Shown here one piece after another: positions 10,413 through 21,273 of a stretch of 64,000 nt of DNA; position 1 is the stretch's first letter, and each line of letters begins with the position of its first letter. The notes beneath the pieces were generated by a model. That model was not told the origin of the DNA. It made no database searches and worked only from the letters and a program-made list of their open reading frames with translations. The stretch is from an uncultured Thermococci archaeon. GTDB taxonomy: Archaea; Methanobacteriota_B; Thermococci; Thermococcales; Thermococcaceae. The stretch spans positions 1 through 64,000 of the forward strand of contig CAZTOS010000003.1 in NCBI GenBank assembly GCA_964615185.1. Reading direction: 5' to 3'. The position numbers and the translations under genes are program-made.

Positions 10413-12607
10413 TGGACTCTTGCTCCCAATTTTACTTCTTTATCTGGTACAAGCAATGCAACATTTTTACCATCATCTGCGGCCAAAAGCATTCCCTGAC
10501 TTTCAACTCCTCTAAGCTTCTTTGGTTCAAGGTTTGCTATAATCACAACATACTTATTGAGTAACTCTTCCTTGCTGTAGTACTTCTTAAGACCAGCGAC
10601 AAGCTGTCTAACTTCACCTCCGAGGTCAACTTTGACAATGTAGAGCTTGTCTGCATTTGGGTGATCCTCCACACTTATTACCTTTCCAACCCTCAGGTCA
10701 AGCTTTGCAAACTCATCAAACTTTATATATTCCATCTTTTTGCCCTCCTTTTTCTTATCCTTCTTCTCAAGTTTTTCCTTATAGATGCTCTTAAGTATTG
10801 CCATTGCTTCATCCTTTCTCTTTTCGCCGAACTTCTTGAGGGTAACCTTTACGACTTCGTCCATCTTATAGTATTTTTCAAGAAGAAGCTTTGCACTCTC
10901 TGGATTTCCTTTGGCGATGTGTTTGACTATGAAGAATATAATGTCTTCATCAGTGACCTTCCTAAAGAGTATTTCAGCTTTTCTAACCTTATGTCCAGCT
11001 GGAATTTCGGTAAACTTCCACTTTTTAAGCTCTTCAAGATTTAAGAGGTGCCATATTTTTTCGCTTGCATCAGGGAGGAACGGCTCGATGAGTATTCCAA
11101 GGGCTTTAACTATCTGGAGGGAAACATTAATCATCGTTGCTGTTCTCTGTTTGTCAGTCTTTGCAGTCTTCCAAGGCTGCTGGTAATCGAAGTAGCGGTT
11201 TCCAAAGGCAGCAAGTGCCATTGCTCTCTTCAATGCATCTTTGAAGCGGTATTTCGCTATCAACTCTCCAACTTCCTCAAAGGCTTTTTCAATTTCCTTA
11301 AATGCTTGTCTGTCTAATTCATCAAGTTCTCCTCTCTCAGGGACTTTTCCATCGAAATATCTGTTAACGAAAGTTAAAGCTCTGTGGACAAAGTTTCCAA
11401 GAACATTAACCAATTCCTCGTTTATCTTTGCCTTGAAGTCCTTGAAATTAAAATCGGAATCCCTTGTTTCGGGCATTATCGCTGTCAAGTAATAGCGGAG
11501 GTAGTCAGCGGGAAATTCATCCAAGAATTCATGAACCCAAATAGCCCAGTTTCTGCTGGTTGAGAACTTCTTGCCTTCTAAGTTGAGGTATTCGTTGGCT
11601 GGAACATCATACGGTAGTAGCCACTCAAATTCTCCATTTTCATCTTTAAACTTCCCATAGCTCATTAGGAAAGCCGGCCAGAAAATTGCATGGAATGGTA
11701 TGTTATCTTTCCCGATGAAGTGAATTATTTTTGTTTCTTCTCCGTCATAATTTGACAGCCAGTACTTTTTCCATTCTTCCTCCTTACCTATGCGCTTGAA
11801 GTACTCAATTGTTATTGATATGTATCCTATTGGAGCCTCAAACCAAACATAGAGGACTTTGCCCTTCATATCCTTGTCTTCAAGTGGTACTGGAATTCCC
11901 CAATCCAAGTCCCTGGTTATAGCCCTCTCCTCAAGTCCCTCCTTTATCCATCCAAGAACGGTATTCCTAACGTTGGGCTTCCAGTGTTCATTACCCTCAA
12001 TCCACTTTCTAAGCTTTTCTTGGAAGTCTTGCATTTTGATGTAATAATGGGCTGAATCTTTGAAGGTTATGGGGTTTCCGCATATATTACATCTTGGGTT
12101 TATCAAAATTTCAGGGGTTAGCGGTCTACCGCAAACTTCACACTGGTCTCCCCTCTGCTCCTCAGCCCCACAGTAGGGACAAGTTCCAATTACATACCTA
12201 TCTGGGAGAAACCTTTTATCATGCTCACAATAGGCTTGTTTTGTTACCTTCTTTACAAGATGTCCATTCTCAAGGGCTTTCAGGAAGAAATCCTGACTGA
12301 CCTTGTAGTGAACTGGCAACTCCGTTCTTCCGAAGTAATCAAAGCTTATTTTAGCCCTTGCAAAAGTGGTCTTTATGTGTTCGTAATAGTAATCAACAAT
12401 CTCCCTTGCACTTTTACCTTCTTTTAATGCCCTGAATGTTATCGGCGTCCCATGTTCGTCAGTTCCACAGATATAGATGACATCTTCTCCTTTCAGTCTG
12501 AGATATCGGACAAAGATATCCGCTGGCAGATATGCTCCAGCCAAATGCCCTGCATGGATGGGGCCATTAGCGTAAGGCAGAGCTGATGTTACCATATATC
12601 TTGTCAT
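10409..12607 (-). CDS. metG: Methionine--tRNA ligase with C-terminal tRNA-binding domain
   Basis: PYANGPIHAGH (HIGH), Zn knuckles, KFSTS (KMSKS), C-terminal Trbp111-like domain. Confidence 0.97.
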   Translation of the reverse strand: MTRYMVTSALPYANGPIHAGHLAGAYLPADIFVRYLRLKGEDVIYICGTDEHGTPITFRALKEGKSAREIVDYYYEHIKTTFARAKISFDYFGRTELPVHYKVSQDFFLKALENGHLVKKVTKQAYCEHDKRFLPDRYVIGTCPYCGAEEQRGDQCEVCGRPLTPEILINPRCNICGNPITFKDSAHYYIKMQDFQEKLRKWIEGNEHWKPNVRNTVLGWIKEGLEERAITRDLDWGIPVPLEDKDMKGKVLYVWFEAPIGYISITIEYFKRIGKEEEWKKYWLSNYDGEETKIIHFIGKDNIPFHAIFWPAFLMSYGKFKDENGEFEWLLPYDVPANEYLNLEGKKFSTSRNWAIWVHEFLDEFPADYLRYYLTAIMPETRDSDFNFKDFKAKINEELVNVLGNFVHRALTFVNRYFDGKVPERGELDELDRQAFKEIEKAFEEVGELIAKYRFKDALKRAMALAAFGNRYFDYQQPWKTAKTDKQRTATMINVSLQIVKALGILIEPFLPDASEKIWHLLNLEELKKWKFTEIPAGHKVRKAEILFRKVTDEDIIFFIVKHIAKGNPESAKLLLEKYYKMDEVVKVTLKKFGEKRKDEAMAILKSIYKEKLEKKDKKKEGKKMEYIKFDEFAKLDLRVGKVISVEDHPNADKLYIVKVDLGGEVRQLVAGLKKYYSKEELLNKYVVIIANLEPKKLRGVESQGMLLAADDGKNVALLVPDKEVKLGARVH

Positions 12608-12765
12608 CGTTATCACCTCGAAAAACTAACGTTATTGGCTTTATAAGTGCTGTGAAATTTAAACATTACGATGGGTTATTTTTAAGGGATAAAAATATGC
12701 TTAATTATGTATAACAGATACCGAACATTATTTAACATAAGAGCAGAGAGTCTTTTGGTGGTTAC

Positions 12766-13113
12766 ATGAAAGCACGGATAATAGAGAGGTTTACATTTGA
12801 TGCAGCCCATGCAGTTGTTATTAATGGGAAACCAGAAGAAATTCACGGTCATACTTTCAGACTTGAGGTAGTTGTGGAGGGAGAGCTTAGAGAAGGGTAT
12901 GTAATTGATTTTTTGGAACTAAGAAACATTGTTGAGAATATTGTAGCTAACCTAAGACATAAAAACCTCAATAGGTTTTTTGATAATCCCACCACTGAAA
13001 ATATAGCACTGTGGATTGCTCAAAAGATTAGGGAGAAACTGCCCTCAAATATCAGACTTCAGAGAATTATTCTTTGGGAAGGAGATGAAAATGGAGTTGA
13101 GTTTGAATTTTAA
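12766..13113 (+). CDS. queD: 6-carboxytetrahydropterin synthase / PTPS family protein
   Basis: FDAAH, IHGHT and NPTTENIA motifs. Confidence 0.85.
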   Translation: MKARIIERFTFDAAHAVVINGKPEEIHGHTFRLEVVVEGELREGYVIDFLELRNIVENIVANLRHKNLNRFFDNPTTENIALWIAQKIREKLPSNIRLQRIILWEGDENGVEFEF

Positions 13114-13116
13114 ATT

Positions 13117-14334
13117 TCAGGCACTCAACACTTCTCTAAACTTGGCATAGTATATAATGACCACCAAGAACATCAAACTCCAAAGACCAAGTGCAACTTT
13201 CCATGCTGGGTAAAGATCAAGGAGAGGGCCTATAATAATTAGCCCAAGTGGAGTGGAGAGATTTACAAGCACTCCAATAGCTGAGAATACTCTACCCCTG
13301 AGTTCACTTGGCACTGCCCTTTGAATCCTCGCCTGCAGGGGGATGTTGATCACTGCACTGGTGAGACCCCACAGGACATTTATCCCAAGCAGACATGCAA
13401 ATGTTAATGATGTGGAAATCATGATTAAGGGAGAAATCAGAAAGACAAAGGCTAACATCATAGCACCGTTAAAGAAAATGGATTTAAAAAACAGTTTTCC
13501 AGCTGTTCTTCCAAGTTTTACCGCAACCAACATATTGCCCAAAAGCATTCCGACCATGAGTGAAGACTGAAGAACTCCAAACTGCTGGCTTGATAGCTTT
13601 AACACCACTCTATAAACGTATGGTTCCAAGACAGAACCAAATGGCTGACCCAATGCATTCATGAACAGGGCAAAGCTTATCAAAACCATAAGATAACGAC
13701 TTGACCTTAGGAATAGAAGTCCCTCTTTGATATCTGCTAGGATTTCACCAAGCCGCTCTATCTCCTTTGTTTTCCATTCGTATTCTATCAGCAACTCAAA
13801 GAGACCTGAACCAAAAAAGCTGAGAGCGTTTATCATAAATGCGAGTTTTATGCCGCCAATTGCATATATCAATCCACCAAGCGCAGGACCAATGAGGCGA
13901 GCAACTATTGAGAGTGAGCTTATTATTGAATTTGCTCTCTCAATTTTGTCAGACTCAACCAAATCAGGAAACATGGCACCTGTGGAGGCTCCAAAAAACG
14001 TGCTCATTATTGCAAGAACAACTTGAAGAACAAGAAGCTGATATATCTGGAGGAGATTAAGAAAGATAACTCCAAAGAGAAGAACTCCCCTAATCAAGTC
14101 AAAACCTACCATTAGAGCTTTTCTGTTGTATCTATCCCCGATAACACCAGCAAGTGGCATGAAAATTAAGGAAGGAACCATATCTGCAAGAACAAAAATG
14201 CTCATCATTCCTCCGCTTTGGGTTTTGTCGAGAATATACAGGGGAAGTGCCACTTCGTGAACTGCCCATCCTATTTGGGATATGAACCTCCCAACAGCAA
14301 AAAGCCAAAAATTTCTACCTAAGCCGTTTACCAT
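13117..14334 (-). CDS. MFS transporter (DHA3 / macrolide-efflux-like)
   Basis: GVIGDRYNRK motif A, 12 TM, ELRGRVFS. Confidence 0.88.
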   Translation of the reverse strand: MVNGLGRNFWLFAVGRFISQIGWAVHEVALPLYILDKTQSGGMMSIFVLADMVPSLIFMPLAGVIGDRYNRKALMVGFDLIRGVLLFGVIFLNLLQIYQLLVLQVVLAIMSTFFGASTGAMFPDLVESDKIERANSIISSLSIVARLIGPALGGLIYAIGGIKLAFMINALSFFGSGLFELLIEYEWKTKEIERLGEILADIKEGLLFLRSSRYLMVLISFALFMNALGQPFGSVLEPYVYRVVLKLSSQQFGVLQSSLMVGMLLGNMLVAVKLGRTAGKLFFKSIFFNGAMMLAFVFLISPLIMISTSLTFACLLGINVLWGLTSAVINIPLQARIQRAVPSELRGRVFSAIGVLVNLSTPLGLIIIGPLLDLYPAWKVALGLWSLMFLVVIIYYAKFREVLSA

Positions 14335-14441
14335 TATTACCACTATTATAGTTTTTGCTAACACTTTCATAAGTGGGATTTATAAATTTTTCTGTCTCTA
14401 TTTAATGGTTTGTGAAAAAAGTACAAGAAACAAGAATGGCA

Positions 14442-15767
14442 TTATTTTCCAGCAATCTTGACATCCTCAAAGGCAATCCACGGAGTTATTGTCGTTCCGT
14501 GGAATGGAATTACCTTCTGCTCTTTGCTGATTGCGTAAATCTGATTGATTAGTTCGTAAACATTGCCGCTCATCATGAAGACTGTTGAGCCTTTAACCTC
14601 TCCGCTCTCAATTAGGAAAGCCGGATTAGCAACGACGGCGAAGTTTCCATTGTCCGGATTACTTGAGTGTGCCCCTTGGAAGCCATCAACGAGGTAGCCA
14701 TGGTCAATCTCAGATATCAAGTCGCTTAGGCTTTCTTTTCCTTTCTCAATAACAATATTATGGAAGCCTATTCCAACTCCGCCTGTTGAGAGGTTCCTCG
14801 TCCCATTTCCTGTGCTTTCTGTCCCATAAACTTTACCCCAGTAGTTGTTCCATACGAAGCCTTTGAAGATGCCGTTTTCAATGAGAATGTTCTTTCTCGT
14901 TGGAACTCCTTCATCGTCGGCTATAACTGGCTTTAAACTAAGTTCGTGGAATGGGTCATCGTAAATCGTCAAAAGCTCGCTTGCAATTTTTTGCTCAACT
15001 TTGTTAAGCAGTGGTGTTGTTTCTTTAATTACCCTTTCACCGCTAAACGCTGGGAAGAGAGCATAACTTAAAAGGGAAGCCATTGCCCACGGTCCAACTA
15101 TCACCTTTGCCTCCTCGGTCTTGCTTTTCTCAACGTTGTAAGCCCACTTGACTTTTTGAGCAACCTCTTCGACCACTTTCTCAACCTCAAGGTTCAAGCC
15201 AAGCTTGGCATCAAATTCAAATATACCTGGCGTTACATTACTATTCTTCCTTCCGATGAGCTCAAGGTAAAAGTAGGCTCCTCCTCCTTCCTGGAAGACA
15301 TCTACGCCGTGAGAATTTACTATTAAGCTCTCGCTCCACTGAGCACCTCCGTCTCCGTCAGCAACAACAAAGCCTTTGTCTTTCTCTAATGCAAGCTTGA
15401 TAGCTTTAGTTGCTAAGTTCACAAAGTAATCTGGAGAAACCTCTTTAACTTCTTTGCTTATCTTCTTTGGCTCTCTGTATTTGCCAGGCTCCGGAAGTGA
15501 AACCCACTTCTCATCTGGAGCATTGAGCTTAGCCATCTTGTATGCTTCTTCAATTGCCTTCTTGATTTCCTCTTTATCCTTGCTGTCAATTATGCTTATC
15601 CCTATGCGTTTATCTATTATGCCCCTAATTACAGTAATTGTTCTTTGCCTCACAGAGGAAGTTGAGACCTCATTAAGCTCAATGTTAACTCCAACGTCTC
15701 TGTTTCTGTAAACGGCAATCTCAAGCTCGTCAAAAAACTTTTCACCATAGCGGATGAGCTCTTCCAT
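14442..15767 (-). CDS. TldE/PmbA family protein
   Basis: DDEGVP motif and a PmbA-type C-terminus, no HExxH, coupled to tldD. Confidence 0.9.
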   Translation of the reverse strand: MEELIRYGEKFFDELEIAVYRNRDVGVNIELNEVSTSSVRQRTITVIRGIIDKRIGISIIDSKDKEEIKKAIEEAYKMAKLNAPDEKWVSLPEPGKYREPKKISKEVKEVSPDYFVNLATKAIKLALEKDKGFVVADGDGGAQWSESLIVNSHGVDVFQEGGGAYFYLELIGRKNSNVTPGIFEFDAKLGLNLEVEKVVEEVAQKVKWAYNVEKSKTEEAKVIVGPWAMASLLSYALFPAFSGERVIKETTPLLNKVEQKIASELLTIYDDPFHELSLKPVIADDEGVPTRKNILIENGIFKGFVWNNYWGKVYGTESTGNGTRNLSTGGVGIGFHNIVIEKGKESLSDLISEIDHGYLVDGFQGAHSSNPDNGNFAVVANPAFLIESGEVKGSTVFMMSGNVYELINQIYAISKEQKVIPFHGTTITPWIAFEDVKIAGK

Positions 15768-15772
15768 TTCAA

Positions 15773-17143
15773 TCACCCGATAATTATTCCTCCATCAAAT
15801 CTCATGTGAGGTCCTCCGGAACTAACAAATGCTGTCTGTCCCTTTCCACAGAAACCTGTCTCAATTCCAAAGTCCTTTCCCACAGCAGTTATCTTCTTTA
15901 AAGCTTCAATTGCAATTCCGCTGATGGAAGTGTCTCTTATTGGCTTTGTAATTTCACCGTTCTCAATCATATAGCCCTCTTGCACACCAACTTGGAATGC
16001 TGAATTGAGCTGAGCTTGACCTCCTCTGAAGTCAACGACATAATAGCCGAACTTAATGTCCTCGATCATCTCTTCAAAGCTCCAGTCACCGGGCTCAAAC
16101 ACCGTGTTGCGCATTCTAATGATTGGTGGAAAAGTGTAGTCTTGGGCTCTCGCATGTCCGTTTGGCTCAATTCCCCACTTGTGAGCATATTCTCTATTGA
16201 CCATGAGTTCCTTCAGAATTCCGTTCTCAATTATGTGAATATCTTTAACGGGAACGCCCTCATCATCGTATTTGTCGTTTCCAAAGCCGCCATCAACGAT
16301 TCTCTCGCTCATTGTAACGAATTCTGGTGCAATTTGCTTACCCATGAGATCCTTAAACGGTGAGTTAATTGTAAGATCAGCCTCAGCCAAATGACCTAAA
16401 GCCTCGTGGGCAATGATTCCAACTATAATTGGTCCCGCAACAATGGGGAATTCTCCCCTCTTTGGTGCAACGCCGTTAAGCTGAGCATGGAGCTTCTTTA
16501 AAACTCTCTGAGCAACAACTTCATTGGTTTCCTTTGTCTCGAATATCTCCCAGCCGTAATCCACCTGCCCTATTGAGTCTCTGCTTGCAGCTAACTTATC
16601 CCCTTCCTTTCCAGTTGTCCAGATGTACTGGACAAGATAGTTGACGTCCCACTTTATCTTTGTCCCCTCGTTTGTGAGGAGAATCTTTTCACCGCTTGCA
16701 TCTTCATAGCGAATCATTGTGGACTTAACGACTTTATCCTCTTTGAGAAGTTTTTCAAGTTCTCTGAGATGTCCAATTTTGTCATCAATGTTAACTTCAA
16801 CTGGCTTAATCTTCATCTTGCTTTTTACTATGTCTTCAATGGGCTTTATCTCAGCAAGCTGAATCTTTTCCCTCTTTGCTTTTGCTCCGGCTTTTGCTAA
16901 CTTATATGCTTCTTCAATTGCCTTTTCTAAGTTCTCCAAGCGGTTGGTTGAAGAAAATCCCCAAGCTCCATCTGCAAGAACCCTTATTGCAACTCCTCTT
17001 TGGATTTTTCCAGTGAAGGTCACAAAAGTTCCATCCTTAAGTTCAAGATTTGTTTTTTTGAGATTCTCATAGCGTAGCTCCATGTATTCTGCTTTCAAAT
17101 TGTTCATAGCCCATTCAAGGGCTTTTTCGAGAACATCTTGCAT
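15773..17143 (-). CDS. tldD: TldD family metalloprotease
   Basis: HEALGHLAEAD, RMRNT and CGKGQ motifs. Confidence 0.92.
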   Translation of the reverse strand: MQDVLEKALEWAMNNLKAEYMELRYENLKKTNLELKDGTFVTFTGKIQRGVAIRVLADGAWGFSSTNRLENLEKAIEEAYKLAKAGAKAKREKIQLAEIKPIEDIVKSKMKIKPVEVNIDDKIGHLRELEKLLKEDKVVKSTMIRYEDASGEKILLTNEGTKIKWDVNYLVQYIWTTGKEGDKLAASRDSIGQVDYGWEIFETKETNEVVAQRVLKKLHAQLNGVAPKRGEFPIVAGPIIVGIIAHEALGHLAEADLTINSPFKDLMGKQIAPEFVTMSERIVDGGFGNDKYDDEGVPVKDIHIIENGILKELMVNREYAHKWGIEPNGHARAQDYTFPPIIRMRNTVFEPGDWSFEEMIEDIKFGYYVVDFRGGQAQLNSAFQVGVQEGYMIENGEITKPIRDTSISGIAIEALKKITAVGKDFGIETGFCGKGQTAFVSSGGPHMRFDGGIIIG

Positions 17144-17264
17144 GTTGACCACCCTTAAGTAATTTACATTACCACCATATAAAAGGATTTTGCGCAGATT
17201 TGAACACTTAAATACTCATCTGAAGGAAGTCTTTTTAGGGGAGTAAAAATAGATTACACTGGGG

Positions 17265-17615
17265 ATGAGGGATATGAAAGCCGAAATTAATGAGTTCATT
17301 GACAGGGGAACTTACAGGAAAGCCCCATTGTTTGAAGGTGAGCTTCCTGAAGGGAGTTACGCTCAAATAGTTGAGATTAAACCCAAGCAGACAGTTCCAA
17401 AACACTATCATGAAAGACAGTACGAGCTGTTTTATATAATAAGTGGAGAAGCAAAGCTTGGTATTGGAGAAGAAGAGTACAATGCAAAACCTGGAGACAT
17501 CTTTTTGGTCAAGCCCAAGACTGTTCACTGGGTTGTTAATGAAAATGAAGAGCCGTTTAGGCTTTTTGTGGTTAAGCTGAACTACTTCGGAGATGATAAC
17601 GTTTGGCTTGAGTGA
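17265..17615 (+). CDS. Cupin domain protein
   Basis: HYHERQYELFY...G and PGD...H cupin metal motifs. Confidence 0.88.
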   Translation: MRDMKAEINEFIDRGTYRKAPLFEGELPEGSYAQIVEIKPKQTVPKHYHERQYELFYIISGEAKLGIGEEEYNAKPGDIFLVKPKTVHWVVNENEEPFRLFVVKLNYFGDDNVWLE

Positions 17616-17616
17616 T

Positions 17617-18858
17617 TCAAATTCCTTCTTTCTCTGCTTCTGATGCCAGGATAATGCTTTCATATCTGACAAAGTAGTATAAAGTAACACCAAATCCAGC
17701 GAACCATGAGATAATCATCAGCTGATATGGGTGGAGAATCTCTAAGAGAACTCCGACAATTGCCATTCCTATTGGAGTCGTTCCCATTGCAAACATATCA
17801 AATACTGAGAACACCCTTCCCCTAAGCTCACTCGGCATCATCTTCTGCAGTTTTGCCGAAATCGGGACATTCACGAGAGCATTCAAGATTCCTAATAAAA
17901 CATCAACAGCTACAAATGCTATAAAGAGATACGATACTTCCAGGCTTATGAATGGTGAACACAGCAGAGTTATTACTAAGAACAAAGTTAGCTCCATGAA
18001 CAGAGCTTTGAACAGCAACATCTCTGCCCTGTCGCCGAGCTTTGCCATTATCAGAGCATTTCCAAGCAGCATACCCACCATTATGGCGGTTTCCAATGCT
18101 CCAAACTGCTGAGCTGAGAAGCCAATTTGAATCCTGAAGACGTAGGGCAAAACGACGGCTCCAATTGGGTTGAAGAGGAAGTTGATGAGCAGGGCATAGC
18201 TCATTAAAATCATTAAAGCCTTTTTTGTTTTGATGAATCTCAATCCTTCCAGCAAATCTTCTTTGATTTCACGTATGTCCTTCAGGTCTTTTGTTTTCCA
18301 TTCATAATGGATGAGCATCTCAAATAGTCCAGAGCCAAAGAATGAGACTGCGTTTATTAAGAGCGCTAACCTTATGCCTCCAAAAGCGTAGATAACACCA
18401 CCGAGGATTGGACCAGCTATCCTTGCTATTATGCCAAGAGTTTGAACCGTTGATGTAGCTCTCGTAAGCTCATCTTTTTCAACCAGATCAGCAAACATGG
18501 CGCTTGTCGCCGAGGCAAAGAAAGCCCCCATTATACTCATTAAGACTTGCACAATCAAGAGAGTCTTAAGATTAAGCAGTCCAAAAGCTATTACCCCAAA
18601 GAGCAGAATGCCTCTCGCTATGTCGAGCCACACCATAAGGGCTTTTCTGTTGTATCTGTCGCCCACAACACCTGCAATTGGTGATAGGATCAAGCGAGGG
18701 ACCAGCTCGGCTATGAGGAAGATGCTCATCATTGCACCGCTCTTCGTTACATCAAGGACGTAAAGCGGTAAAGCAACATCCTGAACTGCCCAGCCGAGCT
18801 GTGAAATGAACCTCCCTATGGCGTAGAGCCAAAAGTTCTTTCCAAGGTTGAGCATCAT
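17617..18858 (-). CDS. MFS transporter (DHA3-like), paralog of 13117..14334
   Basis: Near-identical blocks to the upstream MFS (NFWL..GRFISQ.GWAV..VALPLY, GDRYNRKALMV, SFFGSGLFE). Confidence 0.88.
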   Translation of the reverse strand: MMLNLGKNFWLYAIGRFISQLGWAVQDVALPLYVLDVTKSGAMMSIFLIAELVPRLILSPIAGVVGDRYNRKALMVWLDIARGILLFGVIAFGLLNLKTLLIVQVLMSIMGAFFASATSAMFADLVEKDELTRATSTVQTLGIIARIAGPILGGVIYAFGGIRLALLINAVSFFGSGLFEMLIHYEWKTKDLKDIREIKEDLLEGLRFIKTKKALMILMSYALLINFLFNPIGAVVLPYVFRIQIGFSAQQFGALETAIMVGMLLGNALIMAKLGDRAEMLLFKALFMELTLFLVITLLCSPFISLEVSYLFIAFVAVDVLLGILNALVNVPISAKLQKMMPSELRGRVFSVFDMFAMGTTPIGMAIVGVLLEILHPYQLMIISWFAGFGVTLYYFVRYESIILASEAEKEGI

Positions 18859-18904
18859 CACTAACCCCTTTGGATTTTTCCAAAAACTTTTGGAGGATAA
18901 CTGG

Positions 18905-19555
18905 TCAGATGAACTCAATCGTTATCGAGCCATTTACCGTGCTTACATTCACCTCGTATTCGCCCGTGCCTATGGTGTCGGTATCAATCATGCGAACGCT
19001 TCCGTTGACAGACTTCGCTTTTATCTTGGCGTCACAGAACTCAGTCAGGATTAAATGAACGCTTCCGTTGACGGTGTCTATCACAGCATTACCTTCAAGC
19101 TCTTCTATCGTGAGCCTTATTGGTCCGTTTACAGTCTTCACCTTTAGGGATTCTGCCCTGCTCAAGGATGCCTTGATTCCACCGTTGACCGTTGATATAA
19201 TACCAGCCATGCACTTCTCCAATATTATTCTCCCATTGACGGAATTAACGAGCTTAAATTCGACTTCTCTGCCTTCTATTGTGCCGTTTACATTTGTGGC
19301 GCTTACGACAGCCCATTTTGGAACCTTAACCCTAATCTCCGCCCAGCCATTTGAAGATTTCTCAAATATTCCCAAAATTTTCTTCTTTTTGGGCTCCTCT
19401 TTGATGATGAGCTCGTCTCCAGGCTTTTCAACTTCAACGTTAACTTCGCCATGAGTTATGTACTCCACCTCAGCACAGCTTTCATCCCATCCCTCGATCA
19501 TTACCTTTCCGTTCACTGCCTTTATCCCGACTTTCTTCACATCCTCGAACCTCAC
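18905..19555 (-). CDS. DUF4097-like beta-helix (putative adhesin) protein
   Basis: Repeated [ST]VNG-x-[IV] units. Confidence 0.8.
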   Translation of the reverse strand: MRFEDVKKVGIKAVNGKVMIEGWDESCAEVEYITHGEVNVEVEKPGDELIIKEEPKKKKILGIFEKSSNGWAEIRVKVPKWAVVSATNVNGTIEGREVEFKLVNSVNGRIILEKCMAGIISTVNGGIKASLSRAESLKVKTVNGPIRLTIEELEGNAVIDTVNGSVHLILTEFCDAKIKAKSVNGSVRMIDTDTIGTGEYEVNVSTVNGSITIEFI

Positions 19556-19561
19556 GCTTTC

Positions 19562-20860
19562 TCACCCCAGATACTGCATCAGCTCGTCTAAGAGTTCTTT
19601 TACATGTTTGTTCAGCTTTGCTTTGTCTATTCCTAAGCCTTCAATAAGTTCGGTGCTTTGCTCTTCCACAATCTCCTTTGCTTTCTCAAGGACAAGTTTA
19701 TAAGCCTGGGAGCTTTCGATGGAGTAGCTCTTCTCACCGACCCTAATCCTGACCTTACCTTCTTTAGCTGAAATAACGACGTCTTCAATGCGTATCTTAG
19801 CTTTGCCTCTTCCCACAGTTATTGAAATCTCTCCAGAGTGAAGTGAGACGTAATCCGTTCCCAATGCCAAACTTTCATTTCCACTCTTGTATACAACTTT
19901 TCCATCGCTCACCTCTATGGAGTAATCCTCTGTCTGAACTTTCAGCTTGTCTCCAACTTTTGTAAGCTGGAAGCCGTTGGTGAGCTCTCTTATAGTGAGC
20001 ATCTCACTTGATGGTTTATCTGGATGTCCCTCACGGATTCTAATTGGACCTACTCTGACCTCCTCACCGCTCGGCGTTTCTATAACCTCAATGAACGGCA
20101 GCTTCACATATTCGAAACCTTCGCCCTCATAAACTTTTATGAAGCCAAGATCCACTATACTATCGCTCTTGTTCTTCTTGTAGAGCCTATCGGGATTTAT
20201 TAGCTCATTTGCCCGCTCTACGAATGCTGGATCAGAGGAAGTTCTCTTACCGGCTATGTTGACAGAGGTCCAAATTGCAACTGGAGAGATGAGTCTCTTT
20301 CTGATCTCGCCCAGCGGTGTCTTTGCGGTAACTTCAATATCCCCATCTATTATCCATCCAGCCTTTTTCTTTCCAAACTTTATTGGATATGCCTTACCGT
20401 CACCTTGAACTTTTACATCACCAAAGTCAGCTCCTTTAAATTCGTAAGCTTTGCCCTCTACCTTTAACTCAAATCTCTCCTTGCTGAACTTTGCTGTTAG
20501 GACTCCAGCTATCGCCAGAACAACAGCATAAGCAAATGCAGTTCCAGCGTAACCGCTTAGCTTAGGTGACATTCCAAGCCACTTCCCGAAGAACAGAAAG
20601 ATACTTGTCCAGAATGATGCCTTAGCTAAAGCAAATATGATGCCGCTTAGCGTTACTCCCAGCCATTTACCGACACTTAAAAGCTCAAAGGCAAAAATCA
20701 AGCCTATTATTGCATAAACCATGTAATCATTATAAAGGGTGAGCTTAAGATGCCCCTTTAGAAGCCAGAGGATCAGCATTAGTGCCGTTAGCGTTTTTAG
20801 ATATTCAGCAAGTTTGAATCGCAAGCTTTTTTCCTCAAAAATACTATAATCCCACTTCAT
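19562..20860 (-). CDS. Membrane protein with 4 N-terminal TMs and a beta-rich soluble domain
   Basis: Hydrophobic N-terminal third; ATGA overlap with the ArsR gene. Confidence 0.75.
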   Translation of the reverse strand: MKWDYSIFEEKSLRFKLAEYLKTLTALMLILWLLKGHLKLTLYNDYMVYAIIGLIFAFELLSVGKWLGVTLSGIIFALAKASFWTSIFLFFGKWLGMSPKLSGYAGTAFAYAVVLAIAGVLTAKFSKERFELKVEGKAYEFKGADFGDVKVQGDGKAYPIKFGKKKAGWIIDGDIEVTAKTPLGEIRKRLISPVAIWTSVNIAGKRTSSDPAFVERANELINPDRLYKKNKSDSIVDLGFIKVYEGEGFEYVKLPFIEVIETPSGEEVRVGPIRIREGHPDKPSSEMLTIRELTNGFQLTKVGDKLKVQTEDYSIEVSDGKVVYKSGNESLALGTDYVSLHSGEISITVGRGKAKIRIEDVVISAKEGKVRIRVGEKSYSIESSQAYKLVLEKAKEIVEEQSTELIEGLGIDKAKLNKHVKELLDELMQYLG

Positions 20861-21270
20861 TCTTCCACCTCCCCTAAAGCAGAGATAATTTCAAGCAAGC
20901 GTAAAAACAAGCGACCATTTTCGGTAATCTCATACATTTCAACACTCCTCACCATTCCAGTTTTTTTGAGGAGCTTGAGATGGTGAGAAACGGTTGGACT
21001 TTCAACTCCCAAGGCTTCCTTAATTTCCTTGAAAGACATTGGTTTCTTCGAGAGCATCTTGAGAATCTTAATTCTATCTGGATTGGCGAGGCTTTTGAGA
21101 ATCTTTGCGGCTTTCTCTTCATTCAACTCCAAGCTTCCAGTTTCAAGCTTCTTCCTTAGACGCATCTTAATGGATAGCATTATTTCATCTACCGGGTCTA
21201 TGCTTTCCTCAAGCACCTCCAACCTTTTCTTAAGTTCTTCAAGTTGTCTCTTCAAGTCCTCCATTTTCAT
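20857..21270 (-). CDS. ArsR-family transcriptional regulator
   Basis: LKSLANPDRIKIL...VSHHLKLL wHTH with an N-terminal coiled coil. Confidence 0.88.
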   Translation of the reverse strand: MKMEDLKRQLEELKKRLEVLEESIDPVDEIMLSIKMRLRKKLETGSLELNEEKAAKILKSLANPDRIKILKMLSKKPMSFKEIKEALGVESPTVSHHLKLLKKTGMVRSVEMYEITENGRLFLRLLEIISALGEVEE

Positions 21271-21273
21271 CAC

